Assembly: GCA_002269645.1 (NCBI GenBank)
Contig: NIVC01001201.1
Location: forward strand, 62,001 to 126,000
DNA: 64,000 bases
From: Macrostomum lignano
Taxonomy: Eukaryota
Direction: 5' to 3'
Below, piece after piece: positions 40,723 to 53,044 of the stretch. The position numbers and the translations under genes were made by a program. Position 1 is the stretch's first letter. Each line of letters opens with the position of its first letter. Under the pieces are notes generated by a model that was not told where the DNA came from, did not search any database, and saw only the letters and a program-made list of their open reading frames with translations.

Positions 40723-42589
40723 CTGCCCGTGGTCGCCAGGGGTTAGCGAAATGGGCGGCAACGCCTCCTCGCTGCTTCCGGACGCACGGAGCCCCCTGCA
40801 GCTAAGTCAAGTAAGTCACCCTCAGCAGCTTTGACACCTCCGCCTGCGGGCGGTCGTCGCGGACCAGCTGTCTGGCGGCTGCCACCAGCTTGTGGCACCG
40901 CTGGCAGCCCACTTGGGACAGCGGCTTCTGCGGCGTGATGGCGGACTTTGATGAGGCCTGCAGGGGAGTATAGTGGGAGTTGGGGGAGTGAGGTGGGTGT
41001 TGGGTGTTGGGGGGAGTGAGGTGGGCCTGCAGGAGAGTAAAGTAGGAGCTGGGGGGTGAGGTCGGTGTTGGGGGAGTGAGGTCGGTGTTGGGGGAGTGAG
41101 GTCTGTGTTGGGGGAGTGAGGTCGGTGTTGGGGGAGTGAGGTCTGTGTTGGGGGAGTGAGGTCTGTGTTGGGGGAGTGAGGTCTGTGTTGGGGGAGTTAG
41201 GTCTGTGTTGGGGGAGTGAGGTCTGTGTTGGGGGAGTGAGGTCGGTGTTGGGGAGTGAGGTCTGTGTTGGGGGAGTGAGGTCTGTGTTGGGGGAGTGAGG
41301 TCTGTGTTGGGGGAGTTAGGTCTGTGTTGGGGGAGTGAGGTCTGTGTTGGGGGAGTGAGGTCTGTGTTGGGGGAGTGAGGTGGGTGTCGAGGAGTGAGGT
41401 GGGAGTTGGGGGAGTGAGGTGGGTGTCGAGGATGAGATGGGTGTCGAGGATGAGGTGGGTGTCGAGGATGAGGTGGGTGACGAGGAGTGAGGCGGGTGTC
41501 GAGGGAGTGAGGTGGGTGTCAGTGGAGTGGGTATGTGTCAGTGGACCGGGGTGGGTTCGGGGGGAGGTGGGTGATGGGGGTGAGGTGGGTGATGGGAGGG
41601 AGGTGGGTGATTGGGGTGAGGTGGGTGATGGGAGGGAGGTGGGTGATGAGAGTGAGGTGGGTGCTTGAAAATAGGAGTGAATTGCTTAGTCAGTTTTGGC
41701 TAAAAGCGCAACAGCTGACCTGTAGTTGCATTAGCTGCAGCACCGGATGCGCCGTCAGCTTGGCGGGGGTGGCTGACGGCCGAGTGGCAGCATCGACAGC
41801 CGTCTGGTTGCACAGGGCGAGCAGGGCGCATAGCTGGCTCGGCTCCTGGGTTGGGAGGGGGGTTGGAATCAGCATTGAATTAGCATGGACTCCGTGTAGA
41901 TAAGACTGGTGAAATATCTTGGTAAAATATTGGCTCGGCTGCTCTCCCATGGGACAGAGCATACCTTGCTTCTTATCATTGTTTTGAGGTAGATTTTATT
42001 GCACCTGGCACAGAGCTGATATCAGAAACAGTGTAGCATAGGCAACTGTGGTGTCGTGTTGTCAAATAGCAAAGTTCTTATTTTAATGTTTTTGCTGTTA
42101 GTTTACCAAGCAGCTCACAGAATACACAGAATGTTTCTTTAAAAGCAGTGATGCAGTGCATTTCTCTTACATGATTTCTGAATTTTTCCTTTTGTCCTAC
42201 TGTCCTAACTTTTCTCTATTTCATCGTCCTCCCCTTCTCTCCTCTTCTCTCTACTTCTCTCCCCTTCTCTCCCCTTCTCTCCCCTTCTCTCTCCTTCACC
42301 CTTAAGTCACAAGTCCCGGCCGCTTCTCAACTCACAGCGCCTGACCTCAAGGCCCGCACGGCCTCAGCCAGGTAGGTTTCAATCAACGACTTGACAGCCT
42401 CCAGAGTCTCCTCAGCCAGCTGGTCTCTGGGCAGGTGAGACTTGAGCAGCTGTGCAATCTCAGACTCAGGCTGGCCAGCCAGCACGGCCCGCTTTGCGTC
42501 GCCCAGGGCGGCCCGACAGAGGCTGCAAGCCGACGAAGCCGCATCAGGTGGGGCTCTGGGCCTGAACGATTTAATATTGAAAGTAGTTA

Positions 42590-43830
42590 GTCTACTCTGC
42601 CCCTAGCTACTCTGCTCCTAGCTACTCTGCTCCTAGCTACTCTACTCCTAGCTACTCTGCTCCTAGCTACTCTGCTCCTAGCTACTCTACTCCTAGCTAC
42701 TCTGCCCCTAGCTAGTCTACTCCTAGCTACTCTGCCCCAAACTATTGCGGTATTTCCTGGCGGTGCAGCCACTGTAGCGAACGCCTCACCTGCTCAATCA
42801 GCCCCCGCTGTTCGCCATCGCAACTGCCGGCAGAACTCGACGGCACCGCAGCGTCTGGCGGCCGCATTGCTGGAGCACCAGAAGCCCTGGCCGCTGGAGC
42901 AGCTGGGGGTGCTCCCGCTGGCTGTCAGGACTGGGAGTGACGGATTTTGCATTGAGTCAGCTCTACTCAGCTCGATTCGATATTCGATTGGGAGTCATCG
43001 ATCACTTGTAGTTGGGGCCTATGTTATAATTTCGCGTTTTCTGGCCTTTTTGATGCCATGGCGACTCCATTTGAAAGCCATGGACACTCAATCTGAAAGC
43101 CATGGACACTCAAATTGAAAGCCATGGACACTCAATTCGAAAGCCATGGACACTCAATTTGAAAGCCATGGACACTCAATTTGAAAGCCATGGACACTCA
43201 ACTTGAAAGCCATGGACACTCAATTTGAAAGCCATGGACACTCAATCTGAAAGCCTGGACACCCATCTTGAAAGCCATGGACACTCAATCTGAAAGCCAT
43301 GGACACTCAATTTGAAAGCCGTTGAAATTCAATTTGAAAGCCATGGACACTCAATTTGAAAGCCATTGACGCTCAACTTGAAAGCCATGGACACTCAATT
43401 TGAAAGCCATTGACACTCAATTTGAAAGCCATGGACACTCAACTTGAAAGCCATGGACACTCAATTTAAAAGCCATGGACACTCAATTTAAAAGCCATGG
43501 ACACTCAACTTGAAAGCCATGGACACCTGCAATTTGAAAGCCATGGACACTAAATTTTAAAGCCATTAACACTTAACTTGAAAGCCATGGACACTCAACT
43601 TGAAAGCCATGGACACTCAATTTAAAAGCCATGGACACTCAATTTAAAAGCCATGGACTCTCAATTTAAAAGCCATGGACACTCAATTTAAAAGTCATGG
43701 ACATTGAATTTAAAAGCCATGGACACCTGCAATTTGAAAGCCATGGAGACTCAATCTGAAAGCCATTGGACACTCAACTTGAAAGCCATGGACACTCAAT
43801 TTGAAAGCCATGGACTCTCAATTTAAAGCA
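42590..43830. repeat. 15-bp (42590-42740) and 22-bp (43065-43830) minisatellites in prosaposin introns
   Basis: CTAGCTACTCTGCTC; GAAAGCCATGGACACTCAATTT. Confidence 0.92.
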
Positions 43831-44446
43831 CTGTAGACAAACAAAATCTCACCGAAAGCTGACAAGAACAGCAACGGACCCAAAGCAGTAAAAACTCGCA
43901 TTGCAAACGCTCTATCAGTGCATGGACAGTTTAATTCGAACACGAGACGAAAATTTCCGAATAGCAAAACGAACTCACTCAACCGCAATTGCCTTTGTGG
44001 GTCCTGATTTGTTTTACTGAGTTGCCAAAGACTTACTAAAATACAAGATGATTTGTTAGCATTTAAATGTAAGTTTATATTCAGCCATTTGGCGTGCTAT
44101 TTAAAGGCCAAAGCGCTTTAAACAAAAAATTTGTTTTACTCTTTAATTAATTTTAAAACGGAGACAGCGAAAGTTGCTCAATCTTGCTGCCAATACATTA
44201 GACAAAGTCTCAAGTTTTTCAGCACTGATCAGGTACACGGTGTGAAAGGACATCTTGTAGTGTCCTTGCTTGCTTGTTTGTTCGAGGTGCAGCCCATTTT
44301 CCGGAAATTCTACGGGAGACCGGAAAACAAGCAAAGTTCAGGCACAACTCCGCTTCTTCCTGTCTCTGTAGTGTATTTTTCTAGAGGGAGTTTTCTCGAC
44401 TGAATTTGTCTCAAGGATACTCAAGTAGAAGGATGGAAACAATTAA

Positions 44447-44641
44447 TCGACCGTATGCAGAAAGCTCTGTCTAGGGTAGTCCGGTCTTGAAAAGCTAGTC
44501 TGGACTTGGATTTGGTATGCAGAAACACAAAGTTAGACCGGTCTACTATAGACAGAACTAAGGTAGCTAGACCATAGACTATAGACTGAACTACCCAAGT
44601 CCGGACTAGCTAGTCTGGACTAAGCTTTCTGCATACGGCCG
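44447..44641. mobile_element. Small MITE-like element next to the Crypton fragment
   Basis: CGACCGTATGCAGAAAGCT (44447) and AGCTTTCTGCATACGGCCG (~44623-44641) are inverted repeats; the interior has CTAGTCTGGACT repeats. Confidence 0.5.
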
Positions 44642-44870
44642 AATGGATAAATAATCGGAGCGAGCCATAGACAAATCGTTGTCACGTTCTGCGACGTATA
44701 TAATCTTTGTCTGTTCTTTTGGTTCCTATGGTAGAGAAAGGCCGAGGACGCTGTTCTCAGGCCGAGGCGAAGCCGAGGCCTTAGAATTGCGTCCGAGGTC
44801 TTTCTGCCATAGACACCAAAAGAACAGATAAAGATCTTACTTAATCTACAGATATTGGAAGCGACTTGGA

Positions 44871-45527
44871 GTGGGAGTGAGGTATTCGTCAAAAGCGGGG
44901 GTGTGGGGGGCGCAGCCCCCACATTTAACCATAGACATAAAAATTAAAGTAAAAGATTCGATGCTTAAATTAAAAGCGAGAAAGGAAAGGTTTGGGCAGC
45001 TAGAGGAAATCAGAGAGAAGGCTTCGCACACCCCAGATCATGAGCGCTGCCTTCCGTGCATCTATAAAATCTACGACGGCTACCGACCGGAGCAATGTAA
45101 GCACGAGAACCTCTTTCTGACTTGGTTTCGAAGTGAGTCTGCCATTAAGAGCGGCAGATGGTACCAGAATGGACCTATCGGCCGGCTTACTCTCGACTCC
45201 ATTGTGGCGAATATCACCAAGCCCGTGTCTGCGGATGGTAAATTCTCAAACCAGTCTCTAAGGAAGACTTGTGCCAGCAGGTTGCATCGGGCTGGACTGG
45301 CTAGGGACGATATAGCCCGCGTCACTGAACATTCGTCCAACGCAATTGAGAGGTACATACGGCTAGACGTCCAGGACCATTCGCGTATGACCTACGCTCT
45401 ACACGCCGGAGGAGCCGTGGAGTCCAATGGGCGGACCAATGAGCAAGATGTCGTGTCTGAGGGTACCAAGAAGATGCGCATGACTGTCCGCGGTGACACC
45501 AACAGCGTAGAAATCATGTTCGAGTGA
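44871..45527 (+). mobile_element. Crypton-type tyrosine recombinase, C-terminal fragment
   Basis: C..IY..Y...RP...LFL...WYQNGPIG..TL and FSNQSLRKTCASRL...IARVTEHSSNAIERY match the Crypton/ZMYM-type NHSLR..TGH..Y layout. The N-terminal half is absent. Confidence 0.75.
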
Positions 45528-45974
45528 ATCGGCAAGAATGAATCGGTCTTTACTGCTGTTGATAGTTTATACTTCTAATGAACTAACTGACAAATTATAG
45601 TCGTTCTAAAATGTTCTCAGGCCTTGTTCTTAGGGCTTAGGCCTGTTAACCGGTTAACAGGCCTCATTTTGAGTTCTCAGGCTTCGTTTTTTAGTGAGGT
45701 TTGGCCATAGACTATCGTTCCACTAGAAAAGGAGCCTAGGAATTTAGTGTGAACCGTCATATCTGTAGGTTAACGCTGATTATTTGTATTGTTTTTCTGT
45801 TTGACGATCCTACAGACAATTACAGACAATGCATTGTCTGTAGTAATGGATTGTTCTGCATTAAGAATGTGAAAAATGATCGTCAAATTGCTAGACAATG
45901 CATTTCCCGGGAAATTTAGGAGGCAGGGTTTTTCCAAAAAATGCATTACAGAGTTGCTATTGCTTTAGATAGGA

Positions 45975-46340
45975 GGCAGACCCAATGTTCATCTTTTGAT
46001 ATGGCTTGCCTTTCTTATGATTCATAAAGCTTTTCGTTCATATAAAAATCAGGGTTCCATGTTAATTTTAGATCCTCCGTACAGTCTCACATGTCCTGTG
46101 CTAGGCTCATTGGTTTTATGAATCTATTTTATCATTTCCAGCTGACTGCGTAACAACATGTGTAACAGAGGCGATTAAAAATAGATTCATTAAACCAATA
46201 ATGAGTCGAGATATCAATTTTTGTTTTTTAGGTCATGTGCGTATAGCTTGTAATGAGATATAAGTTGCGGATATACAATCCAAATTTTCTAAACGAAAAG
46301 CTCTATGAATATCAATAATGCATTGAACTTTATGCTCACT
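45975..46340. repeat. Degenerate palindromic (MITE-like) element
   Basis: TTCATAAAGCTTTTCGTT / AACGAAAAGCTCTATGAA and CATTGGTTTTATGAATCTATTTT / AAAATAGATTCATTAAACCAAT form nested inverted pairs. Confidence 0.5.
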
Positions 46341-46809
46341 ACAGACTGCTAATGCCAAAAAACGCCTGCCAAAAATTCATCAATTCTTATCCAATTAGAA
46401 CAAAGTAATAACACTTTCTCAGACCCAAATATAGTAACTCACTGTTACCATGGTTGCAATAGCAAGTTCACTTTTACATTACATGGTATATTTGAAGGCT
46501 AGAGAAATCTGTGTCAAAATTAGGTTAGCAGGTGAATGCAACCAAATTAATTGTGCCTACGGCTCTTTGATGAGAAAAACAGCGAATGACGCGGATCCAC
46601 GGCCCACAGGGCGATCGGGTTGGACACAACAGGTATTCAGAGCCCGCGCACTAACAGCTTCGTCGGTGCACGGAGAATCAAATTCCTGACCTGGGGGGGT
46701 CAGCAAAACTGTGAAAACTGAGAAGCTCGGCCATTAGGCAAAATGGAATGCTGGAAGAGTCTTGCATAAGTTGAACGAAGACTTGGTGCTGGCGGTTTCG
46801 GTGGGACGG

Positions 46810-46945
46810 AGACAGACAGGCAGACAGGCAGACAGGCAGACACTAAGACAGACAGGCAGACAGGCAGACAGGCAGACAGACAGACAGGCAGACAGACAGA
46901 CAGACAGACAGGCAGGCAGACAGACAGACAGACAGGCAGACACTA

Positions 46946-47030
<85 letters not shown>

Positions 47031-49725
47031 GGCAGACACTAAGACAGACAGACAGACAGAAAGACAGGCAGACAGACAGACAGACAGACAGCCGAACCAG
47101 ACAGGCAGGCAGACAGGCAGTCGAACGGGAGTTCGGCAGGCGGCAGATCCCCAGCCACCAGCAGGGATTTCACACGGGAGTTCGGCAGGCGGCAGATCCC
47201 CAGCCACCAGCAGGGATTTCACACGGGAGTTCGGCAGGCGGCAGATCCCCAGCCACCAGCAGGGATTTCACACGGGAGTTCGGCAGGCGGCAGATCCCCA
47301 GCCACCAGCGGGGATTTCACACGGGAGACTCCAGCTGTCTGACGCCCAGCAGCTCGGAGCCGGTGGCCGCGCGGGCGCCATCCGCGCCTTCATCCTCCGA
47401 CATCGCCAGCCGCAGCTCCCCGTCCCCGGCGTCCTCGGCATCTTCGACTGTCGGTAGTTCGGCGGCGGCGGTGGCAGCGGCGGTGTCGCCAGCCGTAGCC
47501 ATCTGCAGCGGCGTCGCTGAGCCCCCGGCGGAGCTGGACGGGGACGCGGCGGAGGCCGGGCCGAGGCGGCCGCGCTTGACTTTGGCGCGGTGGTTTTTGA
47601 ACCACAGCTGCACATTCTTGGCCTCCAGGCGCGGCTGTTTCTGCCTGAACGGCAGCTCGTTGAGGGCGCTGGCGAACTGCGCGAACTGGGCAGAGGTCGG
47701 GTGCGACTCCTGAGCGAACCAGGCCTCCAGCTTCGGGATCTCCGTGGCCGGGTCGATGAACACCCGCGTGCGCCGCCGCTTGTCGCCTGCGAGGGGTTGG
47801 CGGAAGCACGGGTGAGGGCTCGGACACTTCATCTATCAACTGACTCGGACACCTGAGCCATCGACTGACTCGGACACACGAGCCATCGACTGACTCGGAC
47901 ACGAGCCATCGACTGACTCGGACACATGAGCCATCGACTGACTCGGACACCTGAGCCATCGACTGACTCGGACACATGAGCCATCGACTGACTCGGACAC
48001 ATGAGCCATCGACTGACTCGGACACCTGAGCCATCGACTGACTCGGATATTTTAGCTATCAAAAGACTCGGACACTTGAGCTATAAAAAAAACGGACACT
48101 TGAGTTTTGAACTATCAAAGCACTCGGACACTAAAGCCACCCTAGGAATCCTGCCCGCCGGACAGTCTCACCTACAATCGATGCCGACTGCAGCAAATCC
48201 GGACTCGAGCCAGCGAAGATGCAGTTTGAGTCCTCGTTGCCGCTGACGCTGCCGCTGTTGTTGACGCCGCTGGCGGCTTCCAGCTCCAGCTGAGCCGGCT
48301 GCTGAATGTCTGCTGACAGGTCCGTTGGCGGCATCGACGCGGCAGCGGCTCTCGCGGCGGCGGCGGCGGCTCTCGCGGCCTTCAGACGCTGCCGGCTGGC
48401 GCTGTTGCGGTCCCGGAAGTGCTCAGTCAAGCGGCCCAGGGCCGACACGCCGGCCGTGGCTCCTCGCCGCTCCTCCATCATCTCCTCGGCGTCCTCCGCC
48501 TCCGCCGTCTCCGCTGTCTCGGCCAGTTCGGTGGCTTCGGCCTGCCGATCCTCGTCGATGACGAGGCAGCCGTTGATTGGCTGCGGCTGCGGCTGCGGCG
48601 ACGAGATGAGAGCAAAAATGCCGCCGCCTGCGGCCGCCAGGTGCAGTTGATGGTGCAGCGGCGGAGGCTGCTGCTGCTGCTGACAACCCCGAGACACCTG
48701 CTCCAGGTACTGCAGGCAGACCCGGCTGTGCCAGTCGCTGAACTCCTGCCTGGCTTTGTAGCCAAACTCGAAATCGTCTGGCGAGGCCAGAAAGTCCGCG
48801 ATCAGGGCCTGCGGGAGAGGCGGCTGGCTTAGGGAGACCAGCGGCTCCGAATCGGGAGGCGGCGCGCCTGCTTTCCCTACCTGCCCCATCCACACCATCC
48901 CCACCTGCCCCATCCACACCATTCCCACCTGCCCCATCCCACCTGCCTCATCCCCCACCTGCCCCATCCACACCTGCCCCATCCCACCTGCCTCATCCCC
49001 CACCTGCCCCATCCCACCTGCCTCATCCCCCACCTGCCCCATCCACACCTGCCCCATCCACACCATCCCCATCTGCCCCATCCACACCATCCCCACCTGC
49101 CCCATCCCACCTGCCTCATCCCCCACCTGCCCCATCCCACCTGCCTCATCCCCCACCTGCCCCATCCACACCTGCCCTATCCCACCTGCCTCATCCCCCA
49201 CCTGCCCCATCCCACCTGCCCCATCCACACCTGCCCCATCCCACCTGCCTCATCTCCCACCTGCCCCATCCCACCTGCCTCATCTCCCACCTGCCCCATC
49301 CACACCTGCCCCATCCCACCTGCCTCATCCCCCACCTGCCCCATCCCACCTGCCTCATCCCCCACCTGCCCCATCCACACCTGCCCCATCCCACCTGCCC
49401 CATCCACACCTGCCCCATCCCACCTGCCCCATCCACACCTGCCCCATCCACACCTGCCCCATCCCACCTGCCCCATCCCACCTGCCTCATCCCCCACCTG
49501 ACCCATCCACACCTGCCCCATCCACACCATCCCCACCTGCCCCATCCACACCATCCCCACCTGCCCCATCCACACCATTCCCACCTGCTCCATCCCACCT
49601 GCCTCATCCCCCACCTGCCCCATCCCCACCTGCCCCATCCCACCTGCCTCATCCCCCACCTGACCCATCCCCACCTGCCCCATTCTCACCTGCCCCATCC
49701 CCTACCCGCCCCATCCCCACCTTCC
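46810..49725. repeat. Repeats around dve: (GACA)n 46810-47110; ~49-bp 47120-47330; 25-bp 47820-48060; C-rich 48875-49725
   Basis: CACGGGAGTTCGGCAGGCGGCAGATCCCCAGCCACCAGCAGGGATTTCA; CTGAGCCATCGACTGACTCGGACAC; CCCCACCTGCCCCATCC variants. Confidence 0.9.
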
Positions 49726-50462
49726 CCATCAATGCCTCACATCGGACAGCGGGCAGCCGGCCTGCCTGAACCAAGACACCTGGGTAGCCAGGCTGCTTGC
49801 ATGCTGGGGAATCAGCGACTTAAGCAGATTTCTCATCACACTGGAGGGCAGCACGTTCGACTCCTGGCTGTAAATTTTTGCAGAAAAAATGGCCAATATT
49901 GAATGAATTTCAGCGAATTTAAAGCAAAATAGCAAAGAACGCAATTTCGCCTACTAACAGTAACTCAGTAGCAGTAGCAGATAAGAACTACCTACTTACA
50001 CGGGAGGCAGTATAATTCTGAGCACGGCAATGTTGCTAATTTGGGCCAGCAGGCTGAAGGCAGACGTGGTCTCTGGCTGGTCGCAGATTTCGTCCAGCGA
50101 CAGACAGCGCCAGTGCGGCAGCAGCACCTGGGCTGGATGGGGCGGAGATGGCGAAAGAAATTTTAAAGTACAAAAACGACATCGTGCACGAAAAATGGCT
50201 TGGAGGTGTGCACTTCTGATGATGAGAAAGTTATCAGCAGAATGAGCATGACTCCTTGATTCTTCTTACCGCAACAATCGGCTGGATCGGCCTTGAGGTC
50301 CAGGTGGTTGAGCACAAATTTGAGAAGGTCGGCGGCGGTCACCCCACCCGGCACGATGGCGAAGCGGAAGGCGCTGTTCTTGCCGTAGCCGCCGCCGGTG
50401 CTTGTCGCGTCATCGGATTCTGACTTGGCCGGCCGGTGCTCGATCAGGCAGCGCAGTGCCAT
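47317..50462 (-). CDS. dve: dve/Compass (SATB-related) homeobox protein: ULD + CUTL/CMP-like domain + one homeodomain
   Basis: Exons (minus): 50270-50462 (MALRCLIEH...FAIVPGG), 50000-50132 (QVLLPHWRCLSLDEI...VLRIIL), 49741-49867 (MRNLLKSL...AGCPLSD), 48172-48808 (ALIADFL...EFSDWH), 47317-47786 (RRRTRVFIDPATEIPKLEAWF...RQKQPRLEAKNVQLWFKNHRAKVKR, matching recalled Dve HD2). An acceptor at ~50474 suggests further upstream exon(s). Confidence 0.85.
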
Positions 50463-53044
50463 GCTCACCGAGTCTGCGAGACGGCCGGTGGGGTTTTGAC
50501 AGTTGTTTAAATCTATATTTCTAATGCGCGCTACTTGCTACTGATCATTGATTTTGTTAGTAGTATGACAAAGACAACTATAGTATATTTTAATAAGTAA
50601 ATAAAAATATTAAATCTTCTCAATTAATATCCCTACCTAATCCTTGCCTACCCCTTATTAATGCATTACGTTAAAATAAACTGATGCACGCACGCCCGCC
50701 TATGATCTAAAAGTAAAACTAGAATCTACACTAAAATAAATCTATAAACAGGCAAATGGTACATGCTTAACCTAATAGCATCGCCTCTTGTCTTAACATG
50801 AGTATGCGTTGCTTTAAGCGAAGATAGCTCAAATTCATACTTGTACTGTACGAGCTTGGTTAGCCTTCATCACTGGCGTACGTACCTGACATAGCTGCCA
50901 TTTTAGATGCAACAAATGGCTGAATTTGACCCGAAGCTCCGGGAGACGTCGCGGATGGGAACTCCTCGGCCAGCGAGCACAAATTATTTTACTATCGATC
51001 CAACGATTATTTTTTATAGAAAGCCAAATGCGCAATTCCGCAATTCCCGATCGTTTTGCTTTTTGGCGCACGGCGGAAGGAGGGCTTATTACGGACTAGA
51101 CGGAGCCGAGAGCTGAGCTAAAGTTGAGCCGCCACTCCCAGCCCCACTGTGTATCTTATCTAGCCAGGCCGGAGAGTTTGGGTGAAATGGGGGAGACGGC
51201 TTTAATTAGCATTGAGTCCAGAAGCCTCCTTGGACCGCGTGTTAGCAAGTTTAGTGCGCCCAGATTAGGGGGTCCCACAAACCCCGGCTTTGCACGAAGA
51301 ATTTGCGGTGAGGCGGGTGGCGGCTGAGCAAGCTCAGTGGCGCGAGCTCTGAAGAGAAAAGCCGGAGAGGAAGAGAATTGAAAAAAGGTAAGACGCTTAG
51401 CGAACAAGGCTTTACTCTGCTGGAATTCTTGCGGGCGCGCGCGGAGGGGGTGGGCGGCTTCACTCCCGAGCGAAAGCCAGAGATTATTGATTAAGAGTCC
51501 CGGGGAGAGAGTGGGGTGGTGGGTTTATGGCGGGCCGGCCGGCGGAGGCGCAGACCCCTCACTGTGGCTTTGTACACTGGAGGGTTTGCTGGGCAGGGGT
51601 TAAGCCGGGCGCTGGCTGATTCCACTGGGGCGTGGCGCAGCTTTAATTCAATGGGGGGGGGGGTCAAGCCAGGCCAAGCTCTCCGGCCGTCTACTCTTCC
51701 TATTAGAGTCGCACAGCCGCCGGCACACAATCGCAGGCTCACAGCGACTTAACCCGGGCCGCTTAGTTAATAAGGCCCGCCTCAATCTCTCCTTCCACTC
51801 GCTCTGCTAGGGCCCTAGAACAGTCGAAAACTAAGCCGAAATGGTATACAAATAAAAAGGCCAGAGGAACTAAAGCTAGAGCTATACCTACCTACCGGTT
51901 TGAAAAACCAGAAGGTATTAAACCTGACGAAGCGCTTATTTCCAACTCGCTAGATTAATTCCAGATTGAGTTACAATCAAAGGTTTGAGTCTGCAGAGCT
52001 CGCACCGAGAATGCTCAGCTCAGATTAATGCCGCTCTCAAATCCAGGCACAGCAGCAGCTGAGGATCGCTTTTTAAAAACAAAAATCTGTATTGATCAAG
52101 CCAGCAATCTCTTGCCTTGAAATCTGTCTACACAGGCAGGCAACAGCTCGTTATCCGCAAGGCTTGCGTGTGCAGCCTGCAGCAACCCTCGTAGGGGTGG
52201 GGCCGGCCTGAATCCGCCAAACAGGGCGAAAATGATAATCCAATGCATTTTTGGCTCACTTGTTCCCCATCCCAGGGCGCTTAAATCCCATTGATTTGTT
52301 CCCTTAGCCTGATCTGCAGCAGTGTACGGCAGCGCCTTAGACAGCTGTTAGGCTGCCAGCACGGCATCAGCTGCGAGGACAGCCGAGAAGGGCTTTCTGC
52401 TCATGCGGAATTCTGCATAATCCTGCTTTGATTGTTTCCGAGTGTGAAACAGCCCACGCATTCATCAATCCAATTGATTTGGCGTTGTTCTCAAATCACA
52501 TTGGCTTTTCTTTATAGTTCACAATCCACTGGTTCAGTGCAATAATCCACTGGCTGGCTCCATAATCCACAGCTTAATTAGCAAAATCTGGAGTCTAATA
52601 TCATAATCCGGGGTCTATTTATCATAATCCGCAGGCACTTTACCACAACTCATATATGAACTATTAATAACATTAATAGCCGTCATCACATGACCTGCAT
52701 TCTTACGCGCACTATCCATTACATAAGTGTCAAACTACTTCAAAAAAGCATTTAATTTACAGAAGACAAATCGACAAACAAGTAAGTGTAAGAGGGTTAT
52801 AAATACTAATTAAGAACATAAAAATTATTTATCGTCAGCTGTATTATTATTGCAAAAGTAAAAAGCAGCAAATTCGTGTAAACTGGTGGCTGCACCGCGC
52901 AGCAAGCAAGCAATCAAATAAATAGACACTGTAGTAAAACTGTATTAAAAGCCATAATCGGGTCGGACTTCAAATGCATCAGTTAAAATTATTTTAAACA
53001 AAGTTATAAAGTGGGATTGGCCTTTGAAGCATAAAAAAATCAGT

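Noticed and set aside
40745-40775. HDV-like words GCGAAATGGG and CCTCCTCGCTG in the E1 3' UTR
   Set aside because: They occur in the wrong order for the HDV double pseudoknot, P3 cannot form, and E2 changes the putative L3; the three-way-junction model explains both copies better.
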